Shown in pieces: positions 40,309 to 55,375 of a stretch of 64,000 bases of DNA (positions are counted from its first letter, which is position 1; every line of letters begins with the position of its first letter). The notes under the pieces were generated by a model, which worked only from the letters and a program-made list of their open reading frames with translations, did not search any database and had not been told where the DNA came from. The stretch comes from Octopus vulgaris (taxonomy: Eukaryota), in the NCBI GenBank assembly GCA_951406725.2, contig OX597823.1, positions 434,001 to 498,000 on the forward strand, written 5' to 3'. The position numbers were made by a program, and so were the translations under genes.

Positions 40309-42359
40309 CCACAACAGAAAAAGAATGAATGCTGATACCCCCCCCCCCCATATTCCTGTTTGATGACTTTTAGTCATCTGCTGATGCATTAAAGAAAAGA
40401 AGTAGAAATCCTTCCTTTGTATTGTCCTCTATCTCTTAGACACAAATGCTATGGAAGAGATGAGCTATGTTTGCATCAACATCAGACAAGGCCTTAAACT
40501 ACAAACCTTAACAAATGACCCTTCTCTGTCTTGATAATATGACCTCTTGCACAGCACACAAGTGACCGAGTTCATTCACTTCCAATCACATTTGTTACAT
40601 TTCATCTCTCTATTACCTTCTACCAACACAATTCCTGCGTTCCATCCCACATCTCACTTCCTCCTCCCCAACACTTTGTCAGCTACCTCACATCCTGCAT
40701 CATCTTGCTTCCCTTTTTACTACTGCTATTTGTCCAGTAACAACATCCTATTCTAACGTTAGCCAACTCCCTGATAATTGAAGCTCTCTACATGGTTGTT
40801 TCAGCTGCTAACAATAATCAAATTTCACCCAAATATCACACTACTGTACTGAAATAGAAGACACAGATAATAATTTTAGATATCCTTAAAAGACAGGAAA
40901 GTCATATCTGGAATATCTTTGACCAATGGTTTACTTGATCAGGTTTAAACTACTCTTAAGAGCTTTGAGAAGTTTGCCAGGCATTTATCCGAATAGCTCC
41001 AAGAACAGAGATCGGCTCACTGGAGTGAACAATTGGTAAGATACTAGGCTTAATTGAGAGTTTTTCATTAAAAAGAAGTAATTAAACCTAGTACAGGTTC
41101 AGGTTGGTTGAGACGATAGTTGTCTCTTTCTATTCCAGGTGTGTTATGCAGTTGATATCCAAGGCCTAACAGAGCTCGAAGACACAGACAAATGCTATTA
41201 CAATGAATGTGGTGCAATGAACAAACCTCCCAAATCCAAACAGTCCTCTGTTTCAATCAGAGGCACAAAAACTGAAATTGAGGGATGGTTAGTTATCAAT
41301 TACATTGACTCTGGTGACCCAGAGAGATAAAAGATGAAGTTAAGCTCAGTGGGATCTGAAGCCAAATCACAAAGATTTGAAAGAAATATCAGTTTCAAAT
41401 TCTGGCACAAGGCCAGCAGTTTCAGGGTGGGAATGGATAAGTTGATTACATTGACCCCAGTACATGACCGGTACTTACCCCCCCCCCCTCAAAGGATGAA
41501 AGACAATGTTGACCTTAGTGGAATTTGAACTCAGAATATAACGCTGCTAAGCATTTTATTGGCTGACAACGGTGATACTGAAAAGCAGAACATAATGACT
41601 TGCAATACGCCACAAAGCATTTTTGTATGATACTCTATCAATTCTGCCAATGCACCCCCTAATCTACAATTATTGAAAGGCAAGGAACAATATTTCTTTT
41701 TGACAGAAAGCAATTTGTGTGAAGAGGAGCATAGATCAATTAAATGAACCAAATCTGGTGTATTATAAGCACTGATTTTATTGACTTTAGAGTGGTATGA
41801 AAACAACTACTGTATAGAATTCTAACATAGAAACAACAAGCACCATATAAAAATACTTCAAGAGGAGCATGGAGAAGAAAAATAGTAGAATGCCAATATC
41901 AAATTGCTTAACTGTATCCAGTTGCATTTCAAATCCCACAGGAGCTGACACTGTCATTCATCCCCCTTGGGTCAATAAGATAATAGTTGAGTACCAGTGA
42001 ACTGAGACCAATTTAATGGTGTGCACCATAGCTGAGTCAATCTGCAAATATTAGAAACCATTTTTGACTCAGAAGCCATGATAAGCTGAGAGTCTGCCAA
42101 TGATGATAGTAGACAGAACAGTTCTCTACCATTTATGCCATCAGCACATGTGTGTGTTTGGAATGGATAAAGCAGTTTGAAACTAAACAAAATTCAGCAC
42201 GAAGGTTTATGTAGATTATTGAACAAAGCACATGAAAAATACCGATACACATGATAAAGTGTGCATATCACACACCACATGCACAGTAATGCATAGATTT
42301 GCACTTGTGCATGTATACATGGATATGTGTGTAAGTAGATACCCCCAACAACGATGCTA

Positions 42360-45265
42360 TCTCTGATACCCCTTATTCTGCTTGTTTCCTAATTCCTGCC
42401 CCTCAAACTTCACAGCTCAGCATCGTCTATACCAACTCGTGCTCCTTATTTCCAAAGTTCAGCGAAATATTTACACTGGCCATGCGTGATTCCCCAGATG
42501 TGATAGCTATCACCAAGACTTGGCTGACTCCAGCAGTAAAGGACTTGGAAATCCACCTACAGGGCAACGCCCTCTTCAGATGTGACAGAGAAAAAAGGCG
42601 AGGTGGAGGTGTTGCTGTGTATGTTAAATTTGATCTCAAACCGTCCAACTGTATTCTACCCACTAATGCTCAACCTACAATAAAATTCGATGCCGTCTAT
42701 TGCAAGCTGAGCATTTCTGGGTTTTGCCTGCCCGTGTTAGCTGTCTACAGGCCGCCTCTTGCCGACCCCCAGGACAATGCTCATTTACTCGAAGCGATAA
42801 GATTCGTTTCATCTTCTCATGAATGTTTGATATTAGGAGACTTCAACGCTCCCATGATCGACTGGCCCGCATCAATTTGTACATCATCTTCCTGGTTCGG
42901 CCAGGCCCCTCTTGACGTGACTGAAGATTGTTTTCTATTGCAACATGTTGAATCTCCCGTCAAGGCATCGGTCTGGGCAGCAGCCATCTATGCTGGATCT
43001 GGTATTCTCCCGCTATCCAAGATCAGTGTCAGGCTTATCTGTGTGCGCCCCTCTTGCCAAGAGTGATCATGCGGTCCTGAAGTTTGACATGCACACAACT
43101 TTTTCTACGCCCACAACTACTTCGCTACCACGTAGAGTCTTCTCTGCAATCAATCTTGAAATTCTAACCGAGGTTTCTGTGCTTCTGGACTGGCAATCCC
43201 TGATGACAATGTCCTCAGTTGACAAACTATGGTTGTCCCTCAAAGCATATGTAATCTGGTTGACTGACCGAGCAGTTCCCGTTGGCCTTCCCAAGAAGAA
43301 GAAACACAAGCCTTGGGTGACGAAGAAGGTTAAATGAGAACTTCGACTCAGAGATATTGCTTGGGCTGAATTCAAAAATCTAGATTCGACTGCAGCTTTT
43401 GAGGTGTACAAAACTCAACGAGACCAAGCCGTGAAAATTGGAAAGGAAGAACGCTTCAGATATGAATACAGAATCGCGGCAAACGCCAGTAGCAAACCAA
43501 AAACCTTCTTTGCCCATGTCCAACAGAATTCCCACTTGAACAACCAAATTGCAACGTTGGTAGACTCAACAGGCATATCGATTGTGGACCCTTATCAGTA
43601 GAGTCAGTTATTTGCTGAGGCTTTTTCGACAATTTTCAAACAAGATGATGGTCATGAACCCCCTCCATTTGATAGATTGGTACCTCCAATACCTAGATTG
43701 GTCATCACTTGGGACGAAGTCGAACGCATTATTCAAGGCCTCAATGTCAACAAGGGTCACGGCTCTGATGGCATACACCCACAGGTTATCAAAGCGTTGG
43801 CTCCAGTCATCTGCGAACCTTTAACACTTCTATTCAATATGTCATTGGCGATGGGTGTTGTACCAGCGGACTGGAGAATAGCGATAATCTGCCTGATTTT
43901 CAAGAAAGAGAGCTGTGAAGACCTGCTTAACTACAGACCGGTTTCCCTTACTTCAATAATCAGCAAGATGTTCGAAACCATCCTCAAGAAAAGTATGTTG
44001 CTCCACCTCCAAAACACAGCCTCTATCTCTGATTCCCAACACGGCTTTGTGCCAAAGAGATCATGCTTGACCAACTTACTGGTAATGGAAGAATTGGGGA
44101 CGCGCATCCTCGATGATAGTGATGCTGTTGACATCGTTTTATTAGACTTTGCCAAAGCTTTTGACTCGGTAAACCACTGCCTATTACTTGTCAACCTTCA
44201 AGCATATAGTTTCCATCTGGATATTGTATGATAGGTTGGTGCCTTCCTCTCAGATCGCTCCTTCCAAGTCCTAGTTAATGGTTCGCTGTCTGACGTCTCC
44301 AGTGTGAGCAGTGGCATGCCTCAAGGTTCAGTGCTTGGGCCGTTATTGTTTTTAGTCTTCATCAATGACTTGCCCAATGACCTCACACAACACACCCTTC
44401 TATTTGCCGATAATGTCAAACTGGTCGCTCCTCGCGGTGATATAGATGATCTTCGTCGATGCCTCCACCAAGTTTGGAGATGGTCAAACGAATGGGACCT
44501 GTGTCTGAACGTGTCAAAGTGCTGTCATCTGCCTGTTGGCTCCTCTTCTGCAACTCAACTTGATTTCGAGCCGGGTCGTCTGCTGCTGGAGAAGACCGAC
44601 CAGGTAAAGGACCTGGGTATCTTGGTGGATTCTTCCTTCTTGCCTTCAGCCCAATGCGTCCATGCTGCCAACAAAGCACGCGGAGTTCTGTTTTTGATTT
44701 GACAGTCATTCAGAATGCTCACAGCAGCCATATTCCTACCGCTGGTGAGACCCATATTGGAGTACGGGATTCAAGCCTCTTCTCCTTATCTCTTCAAAGA
44801 CATACATCATCTCGAAAGAGTCCAGAAGTTGGCTACCTGCATGGTTCTTGGTCTCAAGCATTTGTCTTATGAAGAAAGGCTGAAGACGCTAGACCATTAT
44901 TCTCTAGAAAAACGCCGCCGCCGTGGTGATCTCATTCTCACTCACAACATCATAAGCGGAAAGTGTAACCTCTCAAAAGAGCTGTTCTTCACTCCGGCTC
45001 CAGAGTGTCAGCTGTAGGGTTACTCCGAAAAGCTCTATCTGTGACGATTTCATCTCAATCAAAGGAGAGGGGCTTTCTCTGTCCGAGTTGTGGATCTGTG
45101 GAATAAACTGCCAGACGGGATAGTGAAGATGCTGACGACCGGTCAGTTCAAAGTCTCTCATGACCAGAAATGGCCTGAACTCTTTGCATGAACACCCTCC
45201 CTGTACTTAACTCCATGTCCCCCTACATGGCCTTGCTCTTGCTTTTAGAGCCAAAAAACTTAACT
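42360..45265 (+). mobile_element. CR1-group LINE ORF2 (APE endonuclease + RT), pseudogenised
   Basis: ORFs 42482 (GGGVAVYV, YRPP, GDFN), 42945 (SDH), 43677 (NYRPVSLTS, QHGF, DFAKAFD), 44304 (PQGSVLGPLLF, FADN) and 44715 (RPILEY); several stops and frameshifts. Confidence 0.93.
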
Positions 45266-45361
45266 ATATACATGCATAAACACACACACACATATATGCA
45301 TGTATGATATGTATGTGTGTATACACGCACACACACATATACACACAGACATACACACACA

Positions 45362-45403
<42 letters not shown>

Positions 45404-45859
45404 AATTAGAATGAAGAATAGCAGGATCCCTAAGCAGATGTTATATGGGGAACTTGTGAATGGAAAGAGACTCTGGCAGAAACCAAGGCTGCAATGTAAG
45501 AACTGTGTGAAGTCCTCATTAAAGGCCCGTAATATGCCAGACTGACTGGGAGAACAATGCCCGTCATTGTCACAGATGGAGGAAGCAGGTTAAGGAGGGG
45601 GTCGACCCTTTTGAGAGAGCACATTATGCAGCATGAAGAACTTAAACATGCTGCTTGAAAGCACACTGCTGGTGTAGTGACTGGGGAAAGTTGGTCTGCA
45701 ATGTTTGCAATTGTGTATGCTTGTCAAGAATAGGGTTCTTTAGCCACCAACAGAGCCAGAAATGCAAAATATAAGCTAGTCCTAGAACGCACAATGTTCC
45801 TAAAGGTCAGCAATGGTCATCCTCGGTCACAAGTGAATGGCCATCATATATATATATTT

Positions 45860-46080
45860 CAAAATGTAACCATATGTGAATTGTTGGTGATTTTTTCCCC
45901 TTTGTTTTCCTTTTCTATTGGACTTTCCTCTGTTTCTGAAGAAGATCTTTGCTCAAAACATTAAACCATCTTTCTTTCCTTCCCTCAGCATCTGCTAATA
46001 CTTTACGCGTTCCACATCCTCACGTTGTTGTTTTTTTGTGTTTGTTCTTCGGTTTTGTTTTTTTTCAGATTTACTATTTT
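45860..46080 (+). mobile_element. Penelope pLTR-like fragment with a degenerate hammerhead-like motif
   Basis: gttt-ctgaaga-agatctttgctc-aaaacatt-aaac at ~45932-45966; related minus-strand copy at ~24843-25018. Confidence 0.5.
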
Positions 46081-47535
46081 ATATATATATTGTCATTAAT
46101 ATTCAGCAGAAGCAACAGAGTGACTCAAGGCCTGAGAGCTTCGTGCATTGGCACTTATCAAACTAGCTACAGCTCAAAGAGTTGTGGGTTTATATAGCTG
46201 GTGAGAATTACATTTTCCTCTGGATTGCTCCAGATCAAATTTTAAATAATAACACTGTCATGTGGATAATTCATATTTTTAAAACAGTTTGCCCATTATG
46301 TCATTTAATATGTAAATACATAAATAAAGAAGTAAAGAAATAAAGAGAGAAAGAAACTTGTGCGTATCTTCACACATCACCATTTAACCATTTAATGTCC
46401 GTCATCCATGCTGGCATGGGTTGGACGGTTTGACCAGGGCTGGCAAGCTGGAAGGCTGTACCAGACTCCACACACAAATACCCACAAAATTCACACACAT
46501 ATATGAGAGAGTATATAAATTAGAAATATAAGCATATAAATATACATGCATATACAGACACACGTGCATATATATATATATATAGCATACACACACTCAT
46601 ATACACATATACATTTATATATACATATATATATTTATATATGTATGTATGAATTTGTGTGTTTGTTACTGACATATCAATCTCAACTCTTTCACATAAA
46701 GTCAATGGTTGATATGCAAGGCAATTACAACCGAAATACATGCTGAAGAGGAGCTCCAGCTTTACCCTGGAGGCAAAGGAGGACTGCATCACGGGAGAGA
46801 CGAGGATTGGTAATGGAGAGGCAAGTTGGCAGCTGACAACACAGAACATCAAAGGCAACTGTTAGCAGTGTGGAAGAAGTTAAAAGTGGGGATGCAGCAG
46901 GAGTCTGAGAGGGAAGTATATTGTTTAATTAATTAATTTAGTTATTGACGATTCTCAATATGTAGTTCCTTATAGAGCCCTGATGAAATATCTGAATTCT
47001 AGAAATTCTTGTATAACATAACCTTTACAACTGCAACCATCACAAATTCACAAAAGAAAAAAAGAATGAATGTCAATGAATGAATTTGGAGTTTCCATGA
47101 GTAACGTGACCTAAATCCTTGAATCTGGAAGCAGCAGAAGCAGCAGCAGCAGCTTCCATCAGTCATCCTAAAGGAAGCGAAGGAGAATAGAGCTGGCACT
47201 TTTTAGAATGAAGATGACATAAGAAAAACAGGAGGCGATGGAGAAATTTAAAGAGAAGAAATTAGATAAAGTGGCACACCCAGATATCCACCCTTTAATT
47301 TTGGCTTATTTTGGGAACTGTGTCTACAGGTGTGTGTGAGTGTGTGTGCGCGTGTGTGTGCAAGCATATATACGTTCATAAAACTTCTGCCCTGTACTCT
47401 GGATACTGATCTTGCATCTTAAGCTGACAAACAATGCGTTAATATTTCTGAAACAGTGATAACGTAGCCATCACCTGTCTTGTTTTTAAATATGGAAGAA
47501 GATATGATTTTCCAGAAACAGCAGAGAGAGAGAGG

Positions 47536-47568
<33 letters not shown>

Positions 47569-47958
47569 TGTGTGTGTGTGTGTGTGAGTGTGTGTGTGTG
47601 TGTGTGCACGTGCTATTGAACTGGTCTGAAAGAAAGGGCATTGTGCTCTTGAATTTCAGAGACTCCTGTCATCAATACAATTAACATTCCTTTTGAACAA
47701 TGGGAAATCCATAACACAACAGACGTGAGTGGAAGGAATTCCACAGCAAGGACAAAGTAGAGTAGTTAATGAGGGTCCCAGGCAGTCACAGAGTAGAGAA
47801 AGTGCCATAGTTTGCAGAAATATTGGTGAACAACTTCAGCCCGATAAGCTGGTTTCCTTTGGATGTAGACAAAAACAGGTCTTTGTGTCCACCCTCTCCC
47901 ATATATATATATATATATAATATATATATATATAATATATATCTATATAATATATATC

Positions 47959-48148
<190 letters not shown>

Positions 48149-48152
48149 TATA

Positions 48153-49287
48153 GAGTGTAACTGCTAGAGTAAGAATAGCTTGGGCAAAGTTCAGAGAGCT
48201 CTTACCTCTGCTGGTGACAAAAGGCCTCTCGCACAGAGTGAAAGGCAGACTGTATGATGCGTGTGTACGAACAGCCATGCTACATGGCAGTGAAACATGG
48301 GCCGTGACTGCTGAGGATATGCGTAAGCTCGCTAGAAATGAAGCCAGTATGCTCCGATGGATGTGTAATGCCAGTACTCACACTCGGCAGAGTGTAAGTA
48401 CCTTGAGAGAAAAGCTGGACCTAAGAAGCATCAGTTGTGGTGTGCAAGAGAGACGTTTGCGCTGGTATGGTCATGTGGCGAGAATGGATGAAGATAGTTG
48501 TGTGAAAAAGTGCCACACCCTAGCGGTTGAGGGAACCTGTGGAAGAGGCAGACCCAGGAAAACCTGGGACGAGGTGGTGAAGCACGACCTTCGAACTTTA
48601 GGTCTCACCGAGGAAATGACTAGAGACCGAGACCTCTGGAAGTGTGCTGTGCGCGAGAAGACCCGGCAGGACAAGTGAGTCCACAACCCGTGGCCTTCTA
48701 CATGGGATGGAGCCAGCCTACGTATGCATACCTTCCCTTCTTGGGACACAAAACTCTACTTGTGAAGACGTGTTGAGGCAAGTGAGGATCAGAATCGAAA
48801 TCGATCAATGGAAATTGCGGATGTGCTACCAGTGCCGGTGGCATGTCGAAACTCTGCTTGTGAAGACCCATTGAGGCAAGTGAGGATCAGAATCGAAATC
48901 GATCAATGGAAATCGATCAATGGAAATTGCAGATGTGTTACCAGTGCCGGTGGCATGTAAGAGAACCTTCCGTTTCGCGACCGTTGCCAGCACCGCCCGT
49001 TTCGTGTTCGTTGCCAGCCTCGCCTGGCCCTCGTGCCGGTGGCACATAAAAAACACCATCCGTTCGTGGCCGTTTGCCAGCTCTGGCTGGCACCAGTGCG
49101 GGTGGCACGTAAAAAGCACCCACTACACTCACGGAGTGGTTGGCGTTAGGAAGGGCATCCAGCCGTAGAAACACTGCCAGATTTGACTGGGCCTGATGAA
49201 GCCTTCTGGCTTCACAGACCCCAGCAGAACCGTCCAACCCATGCTAGCATGGAAAACGGACGCTAAATGATGATGATGATGATGATG
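48153..49287 (+). mobile_element. Young 5'-truncated RTE LINE (C-terminus + 3'UTR)
   Basis: Open frame to 48678 (LHGSETW...RRLRWYGHV.RM...RGRPRKTW), modular 3'UTR and (GAT)n tail; inserted in (TA)n. Confidence 0.92.
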
Positions 49288-49730
<443 letters not shown>

Positions 49731-49891
49731 ATATATATATATGATATATATATATGATATATATATATATGATATATATATATGATATATATATATATAT
49801 GATATATATATATGATATATATATATATATATATATATATGATATATATATATGATATATATATGATATATATATATATGATATATATATA

Positions 49892-49998
<107 letters not shown>

Positions 49999-50032
49999 AT
50001 ATATATGATATATATATATATATATATATATA

Positions 50033-50100
<68 letters not shown>

Positions 50101-50125
50101 TATATATATATGATATATATATATG

Positions 50126-50208
<83 letters not shown>

Positions 50209-50316
50209 ATATATATATGATATATATATATATATATATATATATGATATATATATATGATATATATATATGATATATATATGATATATATATATGATAT
50301 ATATATGATATATATA

Positions 50317-50356
<40 letters not shown>

Positions 50357-50407
50357 TATGTATATATATTATATATATCAAATATATATATATATATCAT
50401 ATATATA

Positions 50408-50775
50408 GGCGTAGGAGTGGCTGTGTGGTAAGTAGCTTGCTAACCAACCACACGGTTGCGGGTTCAGTCCCACTGCGTGGCATCTTGGGCAACTGTCTTC
50501 TGCTATAGCCCCGGGCCGACCAATGCCTTGTGAGTGGATTTGGTAGACGGAAACTGAGAGAAGCCTGTCGTATATATGTATATATATGTATATGTGTGTG
50601 TGTGTTTGTGTGTCTGTGTTTGTCCCCCTAGCATTGCTTGACAACTGATGCTGGTGTGTTTACGTCCCCGTCACTTAGCGGTTCGGCAAAAAGAGACCGA
50701 TAGAATAAGTACTAAAAGGTGGTGCTCCAGCATGGCCGCAGTCAAATGACTGAAACAAGTAAAAGAGTAAAAAGA
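50408..50775 (+). mobile_element. tRNA-derived SINE, family A (best-preserved copy)
   Basis: A box tggctgtgtgg, B box ggttcagtcc, central (TA/TG)n, tail ggtggtgctccagcatggccgcagtcaaatgactgaaac followed by gtaaaaga repeats. Confidence 0.9.
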
Positions 50776-50833
<58 letters not shown>

Positions 50834-50964
50834 CATATATATATACTACATGTATCATATATGTATATGTTACATATATAAATATATATATATTATATAT
50901 ATCATATATATATGTTACATATATCATATATGTATATATTATATATATATTTTATATATATATC

Positions 50965-50997
<33 letters not shown>

Positions 50998-51023
50998 CAT
51001 ATATCATATATATTACATATATC

Positions 51024-51174
<151 letters not shown>

Positions 51175-51175
51175 T

Positions 51176-52812
51176 CAATTTAAATCAGCAGTAGGCCCCG
51201 ATAGGTTCCCTGCTTGTGTCCTGAAGGTGTGTCGAAACCAACTTGCATCTCCCCTTGCTAATCTGTGGAGAAACTCACTGGATGCTGGCTATATTCCAAA
51301 AAACCTTCTGTCCCAGTCTGTTGTCCCAGTTTTCAAAAAGGGAAACAAGTCCCTTGCAGTGAATTACCGTCCGATCTCACTCACCTCTCATATCATCAAG
51401 GTATTTGAGAGGGTGGTGAGATCTCGAATAACCCAATTTCTGGAAAGCAACAGACGGCTGATCTCCAACCAACATGGGTTCCGTAATGGAAGGGACTGCC
51501 TAACGCAGCTCCTGCATCACTTTGAGGACATTTTGAGAGCTTTGGGAGAGGGCTCCAACACCGATGTCATCTACCTTGATTTCAGTAAGGCCTTCGACAG
51601 GGTCGATCACAAGATCCTATTGAAAAAACTATCCAACATTGGTGTCTCTGGAAAGTTACTGAAATGGATCAAGTGTTTCCTGACAGACAGATCTCAACAT
51701 GTTGTAGTTGAAGGGGTAAAATCAAGCCCAGCCAAAGTCAGTAGTGGCGTTCCGCAAGGCACTGTGCTGGGCCCACTTCTTTTCATCATTTACATTAATG
51801 ACATTAATGACATCATCAAGCACAGCAACATAAAAATCTTTGCAGATGACTCCAAGCTACAGAAGGTCATAAATGAGGCGAGTGACCGGACATGCCTTCA
51901 GTCAGATCTACTGGCTGTTATCCAATGGGCAGAAAAAAACAATATGCTGCTGAACGAGGATAAATTTGAGCTAATCCACTTTGGAAAAGAGGATGCCCTG
52001 AAACTCCCAAACTCCCTTCCTTCAGGTGAAACTCTCGCGGCGTCCAACAACATCAGAGACCTGGGAGTAATTGTGGACAACAACATAAGCTGGGCCACTC
52101 ATATAAACACCAAAGTTGACATGGCCCGCAGAATGTGTTCCTGGATTCTCAGAACTTTCCAGTCGAGAGATATCCACACCATTATCCTTCTCTTCTCCAC
52201 TTTTGCCCGACCCCACCTTGAATACTGTTGTCCACTGTGGTCTCCCCACACAATACAAGGTATCATAAAAGTTGAAGCACCTCAAAGGGCAATCACAAAA
52301 AAGATAGATGGCATGACAGGCCTCGACTATTGGGGTCGACTAGAAAAGCTAAAACTCTATTCTCTCCAACGTCGTCGTGAGCGCTACATCATCTGCATGA
52401 TGTGGAAAATATTCCATCAGCATTGCCCAAATGATGTTGGCATCACCTTTAAGGTACATCCAAGGCTTGGGCCCCGTGACATCCGCCCAAAACAAAAATC
52501 ACACTCTCATCTCATAACAACAATACGGCACAATTATTTCACCTCAATTGGCCCCGCTCTCTTTAACATTACACCAAAACACATTAAAACAGAAACTGAC
52601 CCTATAGGGTTCAAGAAGTCTTTGGACAGATTCCTTCAAGAAATCCCGGATAAACCCCCTACACCCAGATATGTCTCTGTAAACAATAACTCTCTACTTG
52701 AGTGGGCCATAGTGCCCAAATTCTGACTTGAAAGACTTCACCAGGTGGTGCTATTAAGTTAGACATGGCCTGGGCCAATAATGGCCGAAACCTATCAAAG
52801 TATCAAAGTATC
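51176..52812 (+). mobile_element. Young 5'-truncated CR1-group LINE with an uninterrupted RT frame (to 52726)
   Basis: About 515 codons without a stop: [42 protein letters not shown]; tail (tatcaaag)n. Confidence 0.95.
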
Positions 52813-52877
52813 ATATATATATATATTACATATATATAATACATATATATATATATTACACATATATATATATATAC

Positions 52878-52909
<32 letters not shown>

Positions 52910-53034
52910 TACACATATATATAATACATATATATATATATTACACATATATATATATACATATATATATATATACATATACATATATATATATATACAC
53001 ATATATATATATATATACACATATATATATATAC

Positions 53035-53068
<34 letters not shown>

Positions 53069-53101
53069 TACACATATATATAATACATATATATATATAT
53101 T

Positions 53102-53233
<132 letters not shown>

Positions 53234-53243
53234 ATACATATAC

Positions 53244-53299
<56 letters not shown>

Positions 53300-53354
53300 T
53301 ACATATATATAATACATATATATATATATATACATATATATAATACATATATAT

Positions 53355-53680
53355 AGATGTAGGACAAGATTCTGTGATAGCCTGGGCTTCCGAGGCCCAC
53401 AGCTCTTCAATATCCTCCCGAAGAACCTGAGAGACCTGCATGGGGTGGATACAGATGTCTTTAAAATGAAGCTGGATCTCTTCCTGTCAGGTGTCCCAGA
53501 TGAACCAACTTCACGGCAGGAGGGGCAGATGAGGGCAGCTGCATCGAACTCTCTCATGCACCAAATAGCAGTTGCTAGAAAGCCTCCATGAAGTGAAACC
53601 AAGTAGCAACACCAAATGGCGGTGCCCCAGCATGGCCACAGCTCATAAGCTGAAACTAGAATCAATCAATCAATCAATCA
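53355..53680 (+). mobile_element. CR1-group LINE 3' fragment
   Basis: Homologous to the reverse complement of 53870-54184; (ATCA)n tail. Confidence 0.88.
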
Positions 53681-53699
53681 TATATATTACATATATATA

Positions 53700-53755
<56 letters not shown>

Positions 53756-53773
53756 CATATATATATATATATA

Positions 53774-53829
<56 letters not shown>

Positions 53830-53856
53830 TATCATATATATATATATATATATCAT

Positions 53857-54921
53857 ATTTTGATTTGATTTTGATTTTTCCAGTTTCAGCTAATGAGCTG
53901 TGGCCATGCTGGGGCACCGCCATTTGGTTTGCTATATGATTTTACCTCACGAATGCTTTTTAGCAACTGCCATTAGGTGCATGAGAGAGTTCGATGCAGC
54001 TGCCCTCATCTGCACATCCTGCTGTGAAGTTGGTTCATCCGGAACACCTGACAGGAAGAGATCCAGTCCTACTTTAAAGACATCCGCATCTACACCATGC
54101 AGGTCCGTCAGGTTCTTCGGGAGAATATTGAAGAGCTGTGGGCCTCTGAAGCCCAGGCTATCACAGTATCTTGTCCTACATCTTGATGGCAAATTTGGAG
54201 TCCTTGGTACTACGCAGTGGCGCCCAGTTCTGGCATTTGTGTGACTCTCGATGCCAAAGTTTGGGACAAGTCCTTCCAGGATCTTCCAGATATATATTAT
54301 GGCATATCTTTCTCGCCTACGCTCCAGGGAATAGAGCTTTAATCTCTTGAGTCTTTCCCAGTAGCTTATATGCTGCACAGAGGCTATCTTCTTCATGTAG
54401 CTTCATTGGATCGCCTCAAGTTCTGTGATCAACTTGACACTGGATGGTGACCATAGCTGAGAGCAATAGTCAAAGTGGCTTAGGACAAGTGTCTTCCAGA
54501 GGACCATCATGGTTTCTTGTTCTCTTGTTCTAAAGGTTCTAAGAATCCATCCGCCCAGCCGTCTACATTTCATTGCCAGTTTAGCAACATGTACATGAAA
54601 GGTCGCGTCATTACTCATGTGAATACCCAGGTCATGCACTGATTGTGCCTCTGGGATTGCAATCCCTCCGGGTCCAGTGTATTCATTGGGTATTGCATTC
54701 AGTTTTGCATGCTGATAGCATAAAGCTTGAAACTTTTCAGCATTGAACTGCATGCTATTCTTTTTGTATATTTTGTCCAGCTCACATTGCAGGTGCTTAG
54801 TGTCTTCAGGGTTCTGTATTGCCTGTGAAACTTTTGTATCATCTGCATAACTTGTGATCATCGCTCTCTGCGTGGCTGAGGGCATGTCTGAGAGGGCCAT
54901 TATGAACAGTAGTGGTCCCAA
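53857..54921 (-). mobile_element. 5'-truncated CR1-group LINE (RT C-terminal half + 3' tail)
   Basis: ORFs 54403-54921 (GPLLF, YADD, DYCSQLW) and 53947-54396 (LYSLERRRERY). Confidence 0.92.
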
Positions 54922-55052
54922 AACATATATTACAAAGGAGTGGCCCTATCCTACAGTGCACAGTAGCTGTTTCTTTGGCATACCTGTAGAAAGCTCTGGG
55001 GTTAGATTTTATGTTGTCTATATATTATATATCATATATATATATATATATG

Positions 55053-55348
55053 TGTGGCCGATGCCAGTGCCGCCTAGACTGGCTTCCATGCCGGTGGCAC
55101 ATAAAAAGCACCATCCAAACATGGCCGATGCCAGCACCGCCTTGATTGGCTTCCGTGCCGGTGGCACGTAAAAAGCGCCCACTACACTCTCGGAGTGGTT
55201 GGCGTTAGGAAGGGCATCCAGCTGTAGAAACACTGCCAAATCAGACTGGAGCCTGGTGCAGCCTTCTGGCTTTCCAGTTCCCAGGTCGAACCGTCCAACC
55301 CATGCTAGCATGGAGAACAGACGTTAAATGATGATGATGATGATGATA
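55053..55348 (+). mobile_element. RTE 3'UTR-derived repeat; further copies at 22840-22995(+), 46375-46470(-), 55831-56296(-), 57124-57436(+), 57480-57816(+), 58050-58278(-)
   Basis: Shared core cactacactctcggagtggttggcgttaggaagggcatccagctgtagaaac...ccatgctagcatgg followed by (GAT)n. Confidence 0.85.
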
Positions 55349-55375
55349 ATATATCATATATATATTATATATATA

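Noticed and set aside
46975-47010. ctgatga...gaaa hammerhead-like spacing
   Set aside because: No convincing stem I or stem II pairing.
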